DNA of 64,000 nt from Lama glama. Its lineage: Eukaryota. A program made the translations under genes and the position numbers. The DNA is taken from positions 26,910,001 through 26,974,000 of the forward strand of contig CM052816.1 of NCBI GenBank assembly GCA_028534125.1, read 5' to 3'. Shown one piece after another: positions 12,694-25,412 of the stretch (its first letter is position 1; every line of letters begins with the position of its first letter). The notes under the pieces are model-generated. The model was not told where the DNA came from. It saw nothing but the letters and a program-made list of their open reading frames with translations, and did not search any database.

Positions 12694-15037
12694 CAGGCAG
12701 ACTTCATTTTATTGCATTGCACTTTATTGCGCTTTGCAGATATTGCTTTTTTTTTTTTTTAAACAGATTGAAGGTTTGTGGCAACCATACATGGAACAAA
12801 TCTATTGGCACCATTTCTCCATTAGCATTTGTTCACTTCATGTCTCTGTGTCACATTTTGGTAATTCATGCAATTATTTCAAATTTTCCATTATTATTCT
12901 GTTCATTATAGTGATCTGTGATCTTTGAAGTTTCTATTGTAATTGTTTTGGGGCCCCCCAAACTGTGCCCAAATAAGACAGCGAGCTGAATCAATTAACA
13001 TTGTGTGTGTGTTGACTGCTCCACCATCCGGTTGTCTCCCTGTCTCTCTCCCTCTTCTCAGATCTCCCTAACCCTGAGACACATCAATATTGAAAGTAGC
13101 CCAATAAATAACCCTACGATGGCCTCTAAGTGTTCAAGTGAATGGAAGTCACATGTCTCTCACTTTAAATCAAAAGCTAGAAATCATTAAGCTTAGTTAG
13201 TGAGGAAGGCATCTGGAAAGCTGAGACAGGCTGAAAAATGGACTTCTTGAGCCAAACAGGTAGCCAAGCTATGAATGCAAAGGCCAAGTTCTTGGAGGAA
13301 ATTAAACCTGCTTCTCCAGTGTATATATGAATGATTAAAAAAAAAAAAAGAAACAGCCTTATTGCTGATACAAAGATTTAGTGGTCCGGAAAGATCAAAC
13401 CAGCCAAAACATTCTCCTAAACTAAAGCCTAATCCAAACAAGGCCCTAATTCTCTTTAATTCTATCAAGGCTGAGAAAGGTGAGGAAGCTGCAGAAGAAA
13501 AGTTTGAAGCTAGCAGAGCTTGGTTCATGAGGTTTAAGGAAAGAAGCTGTCTCCACAACGTCAAAGTGCAAGGTGTGGCAGCAAGTTATCCAGAATTCCT
13601 AGCAAAGATAATGAATGAAGGTGGCTATGCTAAATAACAGATTTTCAGTGTAGACAAAACAGCTTTTTACTGGAAGATGCTATCTGGGACTTTCATAGCT
13701 AGAGAGGAAAAGTCAACGCTTCGCTTCAAAGCTTCAAAGGACAGGCTGACTCTCTTGTTAGAGGCTAATGCAGCTGGTGACTTAAAGTTGAAGCCAGTGC
13801 CCGCTATTATGAAAATTTTAGGGCCCTTAAGAATTATGCTAAATCTACTCTGTTTGTGTTTTCTAAATGGAACAAAGCCTAGACTGACAGCACATCTGCT
13901 GACAATATGGTTCAGTGAATATTTTAAGCCCACTGTTGATGCCTACTGCTTAGGAAAAAAGATTCCTTTCAAAATAATACTGCTCATTGACAGTGCACCC
14001 GGCACCCAAGGGCTCTGATGGAGATGTACAATGAGACTCATCTTGTTTTCATGCCTGCTGACACAACATCCATTCTGCAGCCCATGGATCAAGGAGTAAC
14101 TTCAACTTTCAAGTCTTATTATTTAAGAAATGGAGCTCATAAAGCTATAGCTGTCATAGTGATTCCTATGATGGATCTCGGGAAAGTTAACTGAAAATCT
14201 TCTGGAAAGGATTCACCATTGTAGATGCCATTAAGAACATTAATGATTCATGGGAAAAAGTCAAAATATCAACATCATTAGATGTTTGGAAAAAGTTGAT
14301 TCCAACCCTCATAGATGACTTTGAGAGGTCCAAGACTTACTTCACTGGGGGAAGTCATTGCAGATGTGGTGGAAATAGCAAGAGAACTAGAATTAGAAGT
14401 GGAGCCTGAAGACATAACTGAATTGCTGCAAATCTCACAATAACATGTGAACGGATGAAGAACTGCTTCTTATGAGCAAAGAAAGTGGTTTCTTGAGATG
14501 GAATCTACTCACAGTGAAGATGCTGTGAAGACTGTTGAAATAACAACAGATTTAGGATATTACAGAAGATAAGCTGTCCAATTTTGAAAGAAGTTCTACT
14601 GTAGTTAAAATGCAATCAAACAGCATTACATGCTGCAGAGAAATCTTTCATGAAAGGAAGAGTCCATCGATATGACAAACTTCATTGTTTTCATATTTTA
14701 AGAAACAGCCACTGTCACCCCAACCTTCAGCAGTCACCACCCTGACCAGTCAGCAGACATCAACATCAAGTCAAGACCCTCCACCAGCATAACGATTACG
14801 GCTCACTAAAAGCTTTGATGATGGTTAGCATTTTTAGCAATAAAATATTTTTAAATTAAGGTATGCACATTGTTTTATTAGACATAATGCTACTGCACAC
14901 TTATCAGACTACAGTACATGTAAACATAACTTTTATGTGTTCTGGGAAACCAAAAAAATTGTGTGACTCGCCTTACTGTGATATTTGTTTATTGTGGTGT
15001 CTGGAACTGAACCTGAAATATCTGTGAGGTATGTCTA
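12694..15037 (+). mobile_element. Tigger1 DNA transposon, near full-length (about 2.34 kb), transposase decayed; inserted into a MIR
   Basis: TA|CAGGCAGACTTC left end and GAGGTATGTCTA right end. Transposase remnants in broken frames: MASKCSSE (13119), [52 protein letters not shown]. Confidence 0.95.
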
Positions 15038-15387
15038 TGCCAGTATTCTTCTCTTTTACAGATAAGGAAACTAAGACACAGGGAGATTAAGTAGCTTGCC
15101 CAAAGTCTGACTTCAGGCTCAGTGCTGAAGGCAAAATTTGAGGCAGACAGCTAGGTCTGCCTACAGCCTGTGCCTTCACTGTTAGGCTGTGTCAGCTTTC
15201 CTCACAGACTGGTGGAACATTATAAACAGGCTTTTGCCAAACGGCAAAAATCAATAAGGAAGCATCTTAAGTAACCAAAATTTAATCTAATCTGCACGGT
15301 TCATTTCTAATTAACACACCTGCCTCAATTTTGAGACACAGTGTGCTACAACTTGGACTACTTAGTATCACAGCAAAGCAGACAAAA

Positions 15388-15645
15388 ACTGAATGCGATG
15401 TGGTATCCTAGATCGGATCTTGGAACAGAAAGAGGACATTAGTGGAAAAACTGGTGAAATGCAAAAACTCTGGAGCTTAGTTAACAATAACGTATCAATG
15501 CCAGTTTCCTTGTTTTAACATTACCATGGTAATGTATTGATGTTAACAGGGGAAACTTGGTGAGGGGTATATAGGAACTGTCGGTATTAACTGTGCAACT
15601 TTTCTGCAAATCTAAAATTATTTCAAAAATCAAAGGTTTATTTTA
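15388..15645 (+). mobile_element. L1MC-like 3' end
   Basis: GATCTTGGAACAGAAAGAGGACATTAGTGGAAAAACTGGTGAAAT...GCAACTTTTCTGCAAATCTAAAATTATT. Confidence 0.75.
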
Positions 15646-18241
15646 ATAGATACATTTTCTAAGCACCGTATTTGCAAGATGCAATCCTCTTGTTAAAAAA
15701 CTGATTTTTAAGTGAAAGTAGCACTCTGTTAATGTTCAAGAAAATTTTCAAACTCTTATTTCTTGTCTTTAAGGAACATATCTTACACATGTTTGACTTA
15801 ATCACTCAACACGTTTATTGTTTGCCTGTGCTGTGAGTTTACCACGAGTGAGGCACTGTGCCAGGTATGTCTTTGTTACACAAAGGCCTTATTCATCATA
15901 GATGCTTCTAATGGGTGACTGAAAGATACTGTTGTGGACATTGTGGTCTTAGCATCCTTCTGACCTTCTCCCACTGTGGTGTCTGCAGGGTTAGATGGCA
16001 GGAATGGACTGACCTCATTCTTAGCTTCAGAGATGCCCCCTAACTATTTTCATTCCACCTGCTTAACTTATTCTTGCCATGGTGATTGGTTCAGGCAGCC
16101 AATCAGCACACAGATTTCCCCTGGCAACAGAACTGGTTGAAAAACCAACTCAGGATAGTGAGATATGAAGGGAGAAAAGTGCCCTTGCTCTGGAAAACAA
16201 AACAAAACAAAACAAAACAAAACACCCTCTCTTTCTCTAGATGTTGTAAAATCTAATCCTTTTTTTTTTTTAATAATCTGCACTGTTACCATTTTGTCAC
16301 CAAGTGGAAGCTACTCTGAGGATGAAAGTAAAGAGAGAGAGGATGTGGCCAAGCCCCCTTACTCAACCTCTCAGTCTCATCCTTACCAGTATAGAATGGC
16401 AATAATAATACTCCCCGCAGATTACTGTTAATTTCAAGGCAGTATATGCACTGTGATTATTAAAAACAACGGAGAATTGGGATGATATTAAAGTTTTGCT
16501 AATTTTGTGGTAGTATTTACATTTACATTTACACTTATGTTTCTTTAAAACAGTCTTTACCTGGCAGATATTCATAGTGAAACATTTACAGGTGAAATTT
16601 CAGTTTGGATTTGCTTTAAAATATTCCAGAATTTTTTAAAAAGTGGAAGAATGAAGGGTGATGAGTGAAATAAGAATTGTGAAATACTGAAGGTGAGAAA
16701 TGGGTAAATGGCAGTTCATTATACTTTTCCACTTGTGTATTTTAATCCATAAAATACTAAATAATTATCCCTGCACATATCTCAATACTATGACCCTGTC
16801 TGTATAGAGCTGCCTTATGTGTTGAAAGGCATGATACATGAAGTAAATCAGAGAAAGAATCCAGATCCCAAGAAAAAGACATATTTATATAAGTACAACA
16901 GTCACCCACATGTAGTTAAAATGAACTTGAAAAACTACCTAATTCAATGCCTTGACTTTTACAACTATGAAAAGTGAAATCTAATACATTTCAAACTTTC
17001 ATGTTGTTACCTAAGTAGGAATTCTAGTTTTGTTGTTTTTATCAACGATGTATCTGAAAATTGAAAATCCTAGCCTAACCTGGCACCCGGGACCTGCTCA
17101 CCTTCACGTCCAGTGGACTGTTCTCCATCCTCACTTTTCAAGGCCACTGAGCCACATCTAGCACTTCACTTCTTATGAAGCATCTTATAAACATTCTTTT
17201 TCTTCCTGCCTCAGACCCCTGAGTTTCCTTCTCCCACTGGATGCCATGCTGAGAATTCTCCGCTCACACGAGTTTTGGGATTTTTACCTTCCGTCCTGCC
17301 TCTTTCCTCACTTTACATGGCCATCCTGAGAAGAGCATCAGCTTCTGTGCTTTCTTCATCTTTTATGCTGGATGACCCCCTGGAGCCGTATTTCTAGCCC
17401 AGACCTTTAGATAGATCCTAACTCCAAAATGAAATTGCCTCCTCTGCCACAAAAAACTCAGTGGGCCCCCAGTTGACCTTCCCCCTCACTTCAGTTCTTT
17501 TTTGGTCACTGGCACCCGTATCCATAGGAGTCACCCTGATGCTTCACATCCGGCCACCAGACCCTGGAGATTCTTAACAGTCCTCCCCTTTCCTTTCCCA
17601 TCTGCCTTAGTTCAGGCCCTCATCCTCTCCTTTCCGGTCATTTTGCAAGAATCTCTTAAATGATGAATGCTCTAAGGTCATCTTTCTAAATGCAAACCTC
17701 ATCACGTCACTTCCTTCCTTAAAACTCCAGTGACTTCCCACTGAGGTTGAAGCCCATACTCCCTTACAGCTCTGAAGGCCAGTGAGCTGGTCTCACCACA
17801 CCTCTCTCTGTCAGGAATCACTCTGCAAGACCCACATCAACCCACTGAGCTGCTTCACGCCTCAGGATCACTGTTCTTTTGACATTCTTCTCCTGTCAGA
17901 AGGCTCAGTCATTCACTATTTAGTTCGCACACATACAGTGGATTTTTACTATATGATAGGCCCTGGACCAGGGTCCAGCAGTGGAGACTGAAAGGGTCCT
18001 AGCCTTAAGGAGCTTACAGGCTAATACAGAAATAGATATGAAATGAGTACACTCTGGCGGGGAGGGGGAGTTTGGGGTGGGAAGGGGTGGTGGATAGAGA
18101 ATAACCTCCCCATGAAGGCATACTTGGTTTCACCTGCATTTTGTTACAATATCTTTTCCTGCTTCTTTGTAAACTAAAATGATTAAGAAGTGGCCTTTTT
18201 TTTTTGGTTTGGTTTGTTTGGGGTTTGTGTGTTTGTGTGCA

Positions 18242-18267
18242 TGTGTGTGTGTGTGTGTGTGTGTGTG
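18242..18267. repeat. (TG)13 microsatellite
   Basis: Read directly. Confidence 0.95.
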
Positions 18268-20479
18268 AACTTGGGAGTTTCAAATGCCTTTCTCCTAAGA
18301 TGAAATTCTGCACTTCCTCTTTCTAGAATTCACAATCCCAGCATAAAACCTCAACAGATGTCAAATGTCAGCATTCCTGAGCACGCCCCCCCCCACCCCA
18401 GCAGCACCCTCAGGCAGAGCGGAACTGCCCTGTCCCTCCTCAAGACTCCAGCTGACATCAGCACATCCTAACCCTTCTGACCTTGCCACTCCTGGACAGG
18501 CTGAGAGTCTCCAAGGACAGACAGGAACAGCATCCCTGCATCTTCCAATTCCCCACATGAGACACTGCAGGCCCACAGTAAACGTTTAAATGTTCAAAGG
18601 GCAAAAAGTCACTCCTTAAAGGTAAATTACTTTGTACATTGAGCATAACTCTGTATAAACTTTTTGAATTTAGCAATACTGACAAAAACTTAGAAGGCCC
18701 AGAAGTAACACTTCTAGTTAATGTTCTACAGAAATCTAGAAGTAGACATAAAAAAGCACGTACAGGGATGTCTTATTTCAACACTTGACACAGGCGCTAA
18801 AAATGAGAAGCAAATGTTAATGACCATCAATAGAGATCTGTGTAAACACACGGTGCCAACCTTCTATGGAAGATCCTTTCTGCTTTAAATTTCCTATCAC
18901 TGAATTGTCAGAACACAATTTAACATTTCTTAAATTTAAAACACAATCGAAAAGGTACTTTTTACACTAAAGTATACATTATTTCACCAGGTTCCTAATT
19001 AGGAAGGTTATATTTTGAAATTCTGGGTTTTTCAAAAAAGATTAAATATTATTCACCGCTAAAACCCCAACAGCTAGAACAGAGACATACAGCAAGCACT
19101 TGGTTAATATTTGCTGAATGAATAAACTGCTATTTAATTACAAAATTGTTGTGCCCAGGGTACAAAGTATCTAATAGCTGCTTCACAAACTCACAAAGAA
19201 AAAAAACCACTTGCAGAAGGTATCCCAACAAAAAGTTCCCAACCTACGTGAGTTAGGACTTCTTTTTTAAGTAAAAATTTAAAAAGTACAGACTTTCATC
19301 ACATAAGCAATCATCTAACTACCAAGTTTACCAAGAAAAGGGCTCCTTCCAAATCAGTTGATTCATAACCTGGAGTCTAGCACATGGTTGGCCATACAAC
19401 AGGTAATAAAAAGAAATATGAAAACCTTGGGTTAAAACACAGATTCTGTAACAGAAGTAAATCAGTAATTCCGCTCTACTTAAGTGCTTATATGGGGAGG
19501 TAATTAACTCTTAGCTTGGAATACTGGGTTCACCTTCATCTAGAGATGAAGCAAGGCCCCTGACAAGCTGCCTTTTTATCCCCAGATCCTAAAAGGAAGG
19601 GAGAGATGAGACCTGAAAGAATGAAAGACAGCCAAGGTTTCAGGCCTAAGGAAAAAGACATGAATAGGTTCAAATTAAGTGCAATTTCTCCACCCTTTTT
19701 TGGGAGGACGATACAGTATATTTAACCAAATCCATTTTTATTTATTTATATATAAAAATAATGGCCAAGCTCTTCTTTAAAGCTTCCCACCCAAGGGAAG
19801 GCACTTTGAGTACTTGTTTTGGGACACTTGGACCCAGCAGTCTACTTAATTTTAAAAATTCACATACTCTGGATTTTTTTTAATCACTACTTTTGATTCT
19901 AAAAATTCCTTTGAGAGGGTTATTTAATCCTCGCTATGAAAACACAAGGTTCCAAATAAGCTGTCATCAAAAGCCAGTGAGATTAAAACACTTCTCTGTC
20001 AAACTAATGTAACTGGTGTTTAGCAAGTGAGTGAATTATGTGTGAATTTAAAAAACAAATCTGTGCAATCTTCTCCAAAGCCTACCTGTTTTTAAATGGA
20101 AGTAAGTTTTTCCAAGGTCTACCCAGGCTGAGGCATTTCTCCCTCTAGCAATGACTATCTAGATAAAGATGTCTAAGTTCACTGGGAAATCAACTACCTA
20201 CAGTTCACTTACTGCCCTGGGTCTCTGCCCTCGCGGCCACTCCTCCACTCTTGAGGGCAAGGGCCCTGTTTCTCTTTTCCCGGAGACCACAGTTCTAAGT
20301 ATGGAACAGGTGCTTCAGTGAGTACCCGATCTTGCCATTTCAAGGCACTTAAGAACTAAAAGCAAACAAACAGAAACTTTGGAAATTATCTAAAATTAAG
20401 ACGTGTTCTCTTCGGCTAACAAATCCTGCAATTTTTTTTTTCAAATTAGCGTATTTTCCAGCGTAATGAATCCTACAGA

Positions 20480-21330
20480 ACTTGGAAGCCAACATCAACC
20501 CGCGGCGAAGCCACTTCTGTCTGAGAAGAGGGGGGCAGCTGTGCCAGAAACCAATGCAGTCCATCCCGAAATCCAGAGGGCGGGCGGCGGGCGGCGGGCA
20601 GCGGGCGGGGAGAATGGCGAGTGCCGCGTTCAAGGACTCGACTCCGGTGCTCCTGCCTGGAGGCCGGGAGCGGGGCTGGAAGGGGGAAGGGACCGAACCC
20701 CTGCACCTCTGGCCCCCGCCACCGCCGCACCAGGGAGGGGGCGCCCGTTTCCTTGACAACCGCGCGGGGCACAGCTCTCCCTATGGGCCGGGGGAGGGGA
20801 GGGGAAGGGAGAGAAGCAAAGAGACCCCCAGCGCCGGCGGCCGGAGGCACCCCCTGAGCTCAGTAGTCGCGGCCCCGGATCACGGGGCCTTGTCCGGCCG
20901 CGGCCAGCGCCTACCGTGTATCCCCGCTCCAGGTCACTCTCCTCGTAGCGAAAAGACGGGATGTAGACCTCCATGGCCGCGCCAGCGGGCCGGTGGAGGG
21001 CGAGCGGGGGGCGGGCTCACGGTCGCGGCCGCCGCTCCGCCCTCGACCCCGCCGCCCCGCCTCTTTTCCCGGCGCCCGCGGGACTCGGCAACTGCGCCGC
21101 ACGGACCCAGCTACCCCGTGGATCCTGCTGCCCGCCGCGCTCTGGGCCCGCCCGGCCAGTGCCCGGGACCCAGAGCCGACGGTGTGGGGTTCTGGGCGCC
21201 TGGGTTCCTGGCCCAAAGAGCGGCGGCGATCAGCTGGGCCCGGAGGAGGCGGGGCCTGGAAACCTGTGTGTGTCTGCCGAAGAGGGATATGCGCGCCACC
21301 GCGGACAGGGCCGCACCCGGGCGCTCCCAG
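20480..21330. promoter_or_regulatory. SNX24: CpG island / TATA-less promoter of SNX24
   Basis: Abrupt switch to very GC- and CpG-rich sequence around exon 1, with GC-box-like motifs (CCCCGCCGCCCCGCC about 21047-21061; GGCGGGGC about 21247-21254). Confidence 0.9.
20915..20974 (-). CDS. SNX24: Sorting nexin-24, coding exon 1 (MEVYIPSFRYEESDLERGYT), start of PX domain
   Basis: ATG in strong Kozak context GCGGCCATGG at 20974. The 60-nt exon ends ACG|GTAGGC, a phase-0 donor. The peptide matches the SNX24 N-terminus as recalled and lies in a CpG island. No later SNX24 exon was recognised in the window. Confidence 0.95.
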
Positions 21331-24300
21331 CCCTTGGGGCTTGAGCTTAGCCCTAGGTTTGCAATTTGCAAGACACTACCCTCAACAGATTGCGGGACAA
21401 AAAGGAGTGGAAAAACTTGGAGCTTCTTGATTTTGTTTTGGTTCGTGAATTTTCGTTTTAACACTCGGCTGGTATGAACAGCAGTAAACCCTACACTTTT
21501 ACCAAGACTTGCCTGTTTCCTTTCAGTTCCAGGGTCAGCGTCATGTTCTGAGTTAGCCGTCGAACCTAGGAATGATGCTGTAATACAGATCCCGAAAGTC
21601 GGCTGTTCACTGAGACAAACGGTCTGGCTTCCTGCCCCAGTTCTAAAATGCCTCTCGGTAACTGTATAGGGCTTTTTAACGATAAGAGAAAATAGAAGAC
21701 GGGGAAAAATAAAGAAAAAAGAAAGGTGAGGGCCGGAATCTGCCCCTCAGGCCAGAACCTAATAATCTGAAAATACCTAAAAGATTAAGTGTGCTAGTTT
21801 GAGGAAACTTTGCAAACTCTAGAGTTCCTTCCTTAGGTTAGAGGACAGAGCGGAACAGAAACTTGGGGGTGACCTCTTGGGCTGCAGGTAAACAGCTGCG
21901 CCCACCTCTGTTTGCCCAAGGAGCATTTCTCCTTGAAACTCTGACGTTTATGAGGAGACCTTGGTCACGGAAAAGATAATCAGGCCCTTTGCTTTAAGAA
22001 CTAGTCTGATGTGGACCCTGCAAAGCCTTTAAACTTACCCCCATCTGAAGGACCCCACCCCCCATCTCCTTCTCACTCACACGCTTGCAACTCCGGGATG
22101 TGTCTGCCTCTCAGAACTCCATGCCTCAGCATAGGTTATGTCCTGTAACCAGACTATCCTTCCTCTTTTCCATGGCCTAGCACCTCCTGATATAACCAGA
22201 CAGCTCTGTGGATTCCGTGCTGAGTTCAGAGCCCAGCTTGTAGCTTCCCATAAGCCTCTGGTGACTATCACACTGTACTGTGTGATTAATTTACAGCCTC
22301 ATCTACTAGGTTTTAGACCAAACACCTTAAAAAAAAAGTTGTTTTTCTCCTCTTCTTGGCACATTGCCACGCATACTTTTCTTGAAAGCTTTATATAATT
22401 TATATATTCATCTTTACAAAGCCAATGGAATGCAGCAGGTACTATGCCAAATGCTCTTACATCCCATGTCTCATTTAAGCTTCACAGCAGCGTCATGAGT
22501 GTTAGGTGCAGTAGGACTTTTAAGGACTAAGTAGTGTTCCTGTAAAAACACAGGAATAAAATTTTTAAAATAATGGCTGCTGATGGCAGAAGACCCCCAA
22601 AACAATTTCAAGACTGGTTGAAACAGGTTATTAAAGTCTCAGTGTGTAACGTAAACCAGGATTATGTAATCATAAAATCCTTGATCTGCAGATTGCTGAT
22701 CATGCTTTTAGTGTACTTTTTATATGATCCTTCCCCAACAGCCTGCTAGTAGCCTGCCTGGCATACATATATTTGTCTGGTGTGGCTCATCTATTTATTC
22801 ACTGGATTTAAGAGTCAGAAAAGTGTGGGTCCAAGAAGATAGGACAGGTGGTTCAAATGAACTTTTTTCCCCTGTATTCTACTAATAGTTGTGTATAATT
22901 TAATTTTGCCTTGCTAAAAATATATACAAGCTCTTAATATGTGGGTGTGCCCTTCAGGGTTTATCAGCTTAGTTATAATTGTTATCATTTTAATTGTTTC
23001 AGATGGCATAATTAAAGCTTGGAGAAGATAAACAGCTATGAAATTACTAGCTAGTAATTAGAAGAGCTAAATTTCTAATCAACTTCTGTGAGTAACAACT
23101 AAAAAGGAAAGAAAAGAATAGCAACAAAGAGAACAATATGAATTATCCTGATGTTCTTACATACCTTTTAGTATGACTCTAATCTGTGACAGGTCAGCCA
23201 AACATCTTCCCAGAACATTAATAAAAATACATGGCAAATACATACATAAGAAGTTGAACAGCTAGTACCTGTTAATAAAGGCAAAAAATTTATGTAAGAA
23301 AATTAAAGTTCTGCTGGAATCTGGGTATAAAATCCTTATACTAAAAATACCATGTTTACCTAATATTCGGTAGAAATATATTTCAGCAAGTTTAATGATT
23401 AATTGCTTTAAATACCAGCTTATATTAGAAGTCTTGACCAAAATCTATCTAGAATATATTACATTACACCTCTTCCTAATAATTTTTAACAGGCTAGGAA
23501 TAGCAAGAAACATCTTTAATTTGATAAAGCTTACTACAACCCTACATCATATACCCTATTCAACATCATATGAGGAAGCATAAGAATAGTGTCAAAACTT
23601 TATCACAATTATTGTTTTACATTTTCCTGGAGGCACTAGCCAATGCAGTAAGACAAGTAAAATAAATAAGAGGTACAGATATTGATAGGAAGATATAAAA
23701 CTAAGGTTAATTGTAGATGAAATTGAAGATACAAAACTAAGGTTAGTTGATTCTGTTAGAATAAAATTTTTTAGAATAAATAATTTTTTTCATTAGGTGT
23801 CATATTAAGTCATCATACACAAATCAATAGATATCATTTATAATAGCTTGCTTACACACCAACATTAACCACTTAGAAAATAATATAGGGAAAAACCAAA
23901 AGATTTCACTAATAACAGTATTAAAAACTTACAAAATTTTTTCAGATAAGCTTAGTAAGTGTGCAAAACCTATATGAAGAAAACTAAGTAAAGAACATAA
24001 AGGAAAATCTGAAAATAGTTTTGTCATGTTTCTGAATGGGAAGAATCAGTATTATACTGATTTTGGGGGGTAAGTTTTCATCAAAACAATTTAAAAGTTA
24101 ATACAATCAAATCCCAAATACACTAAGAAAAGTGACAAGAGCTTATTCTAAAATTCATTTTTAAAATGAATAGCTAGAGCAGGTTTGAGCGACAACAATA
24201 AAAAAACAGAATGAGGGGATAAATTAATCGATAGGACATCAAAACATACTATAAAGTCATAGTATTTAAACCAGTATGATCCTGGAGCAAAATTAGATAA

Positions 24301-24436
24301 ATGATGAAGGGAACTAAATAGCCCAGAAATAGATCCCTTAATGTATAGGAACATAATATGAAACAACAATGGTATTTTAAACCCGTGAAGATAAAAAAAA
24401 TAAGCTATTCAATAAACAGATCAATGTTTAAACAGG

Positions 24437-24489
24437 TTTTTTTTTAACTTTTTTTTATTGAGTTATAGTCATTTTACAATGTTGTGTCA
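24437..24489 (-). mobile_element. Ultra-short L1 3'-terminal insertion
   Basis: T-run + TTTTTATTGAGTTATAGTCATTTTACAATGTTGTGTCA; imperfect TSD TAAACAGGTTTT / TAAAGAGTTTT. Confidence 0.75.
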
Positions 24490-24944
24490 TAAAGAGTTTT
24501 AATAAATATTTAAATAGTAAAGTTTTAATAAATGTTAAAATAGTATAAATAAATGGTATAATAGTTTATGGATAACTGGCTACCCATTTGAAAGAAAAGT
24601 AAAATTCATTTTAAAAATAAATTTGATATATACTAAAAAGCTCTATGAAAATACAAAGCTACAAAACCTTATGGTAGACAAAGTTTTATTACAAAAAAAA
24701 AGTGTCAAAGACATTAGGGGAAAGATTATACTATATTAGACTAGATAAAAATTTTTAAATTAATGGAAACCAAAGAGTGAATTCAATTCAATGTATTCAA
24801 TAAACTGAAAAAAATTGCAACATGTATGATGAAAGGTTAATGTGTATATGTGAAGAATACATAATTTTTCTTAATGGCACAATAGAAAAAGGACACAGTG
24901 TGAACAGGCAATTCCCAAAAGAATGCAAATGGACAAAAAAAATC

Positions 24945-25412
24945 TGTGAGTTATCTATTACCAAGTAACAAATTACTCCCCAAATTTTAGCTGCTTAAAG
25001 CAATAAATACTTATACAGTTTCTGTTGATCAGGAATCTGGGAGCAGTTTAAGTTATAAACAAGATGTGTACACTAAGGCTATAGTCATCTGAAGACTCCA
25101 TTGGGTTGCAGAATTCAACTCACAAAGTGGTTCACTCACGTGCCTGGCAAGTTACCCAAGTTACAGTTGGTTGTTGGCAGGAGGCCTCAGTTCATAGACA
25201 TCAAAGCTGGCTTCCTCCAAAGCAAGAAACCCAAAAGCGCTCAGGATGGAGACTACCGTGACTTATCATCACCTACCCTAAGAATTCACACTTCATTGTT
25301 TCTGCAATATCCTGCTGCTTACAAAGGTTAGCCTATTCAGTGTGGGAGGGCTATACAATGGCTTGAGTCTCAGGAGGCAAGAATTGGGGCTTTCGTGGAG
25401 GCTAGCTACCAC
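24945..25412 (-). mobile_element. MaLR MLT1-type solo LTR
   Basis: TGTGAG...GTAACAAATTACTCCCCAAATTTTAGCTGCTTAAAGCAATAAA...CAGTTTCTGTTGATCAGGAATCTGGG...CTACCACA. Confidence 0.75.

Noticed and set aside
13005..14018. ORFs resembling a TIGD/pogo transposase gene
   Set aside because: Frameshifted, stop-interrupted remnants of Tigger1, not an intact gene.
20630..20914. Continuation of the MEVYIPS ORF to 114 aa
   Set aside because: Similarity to SNX24 ends at the GT donor at 20914; the remainder is intron read-through.
20482..21477. 331-aa ORF antisense to SNX24 exon 1, and other overlapping ORFs at 20349-21464
   Set aside because: Starts at TTG, is low-complexity G/P/R/A, and reflects stop-codon depletion in a CpG island; no recognisable domain.
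22510..22975. Possible LTR splitting a MIR (also an LTR-like end at about 30720-30920 and a hAT-like MITE at about 43560-43810)
   Set aside because: Family and boundaries cannot be supported without a Dfam search.
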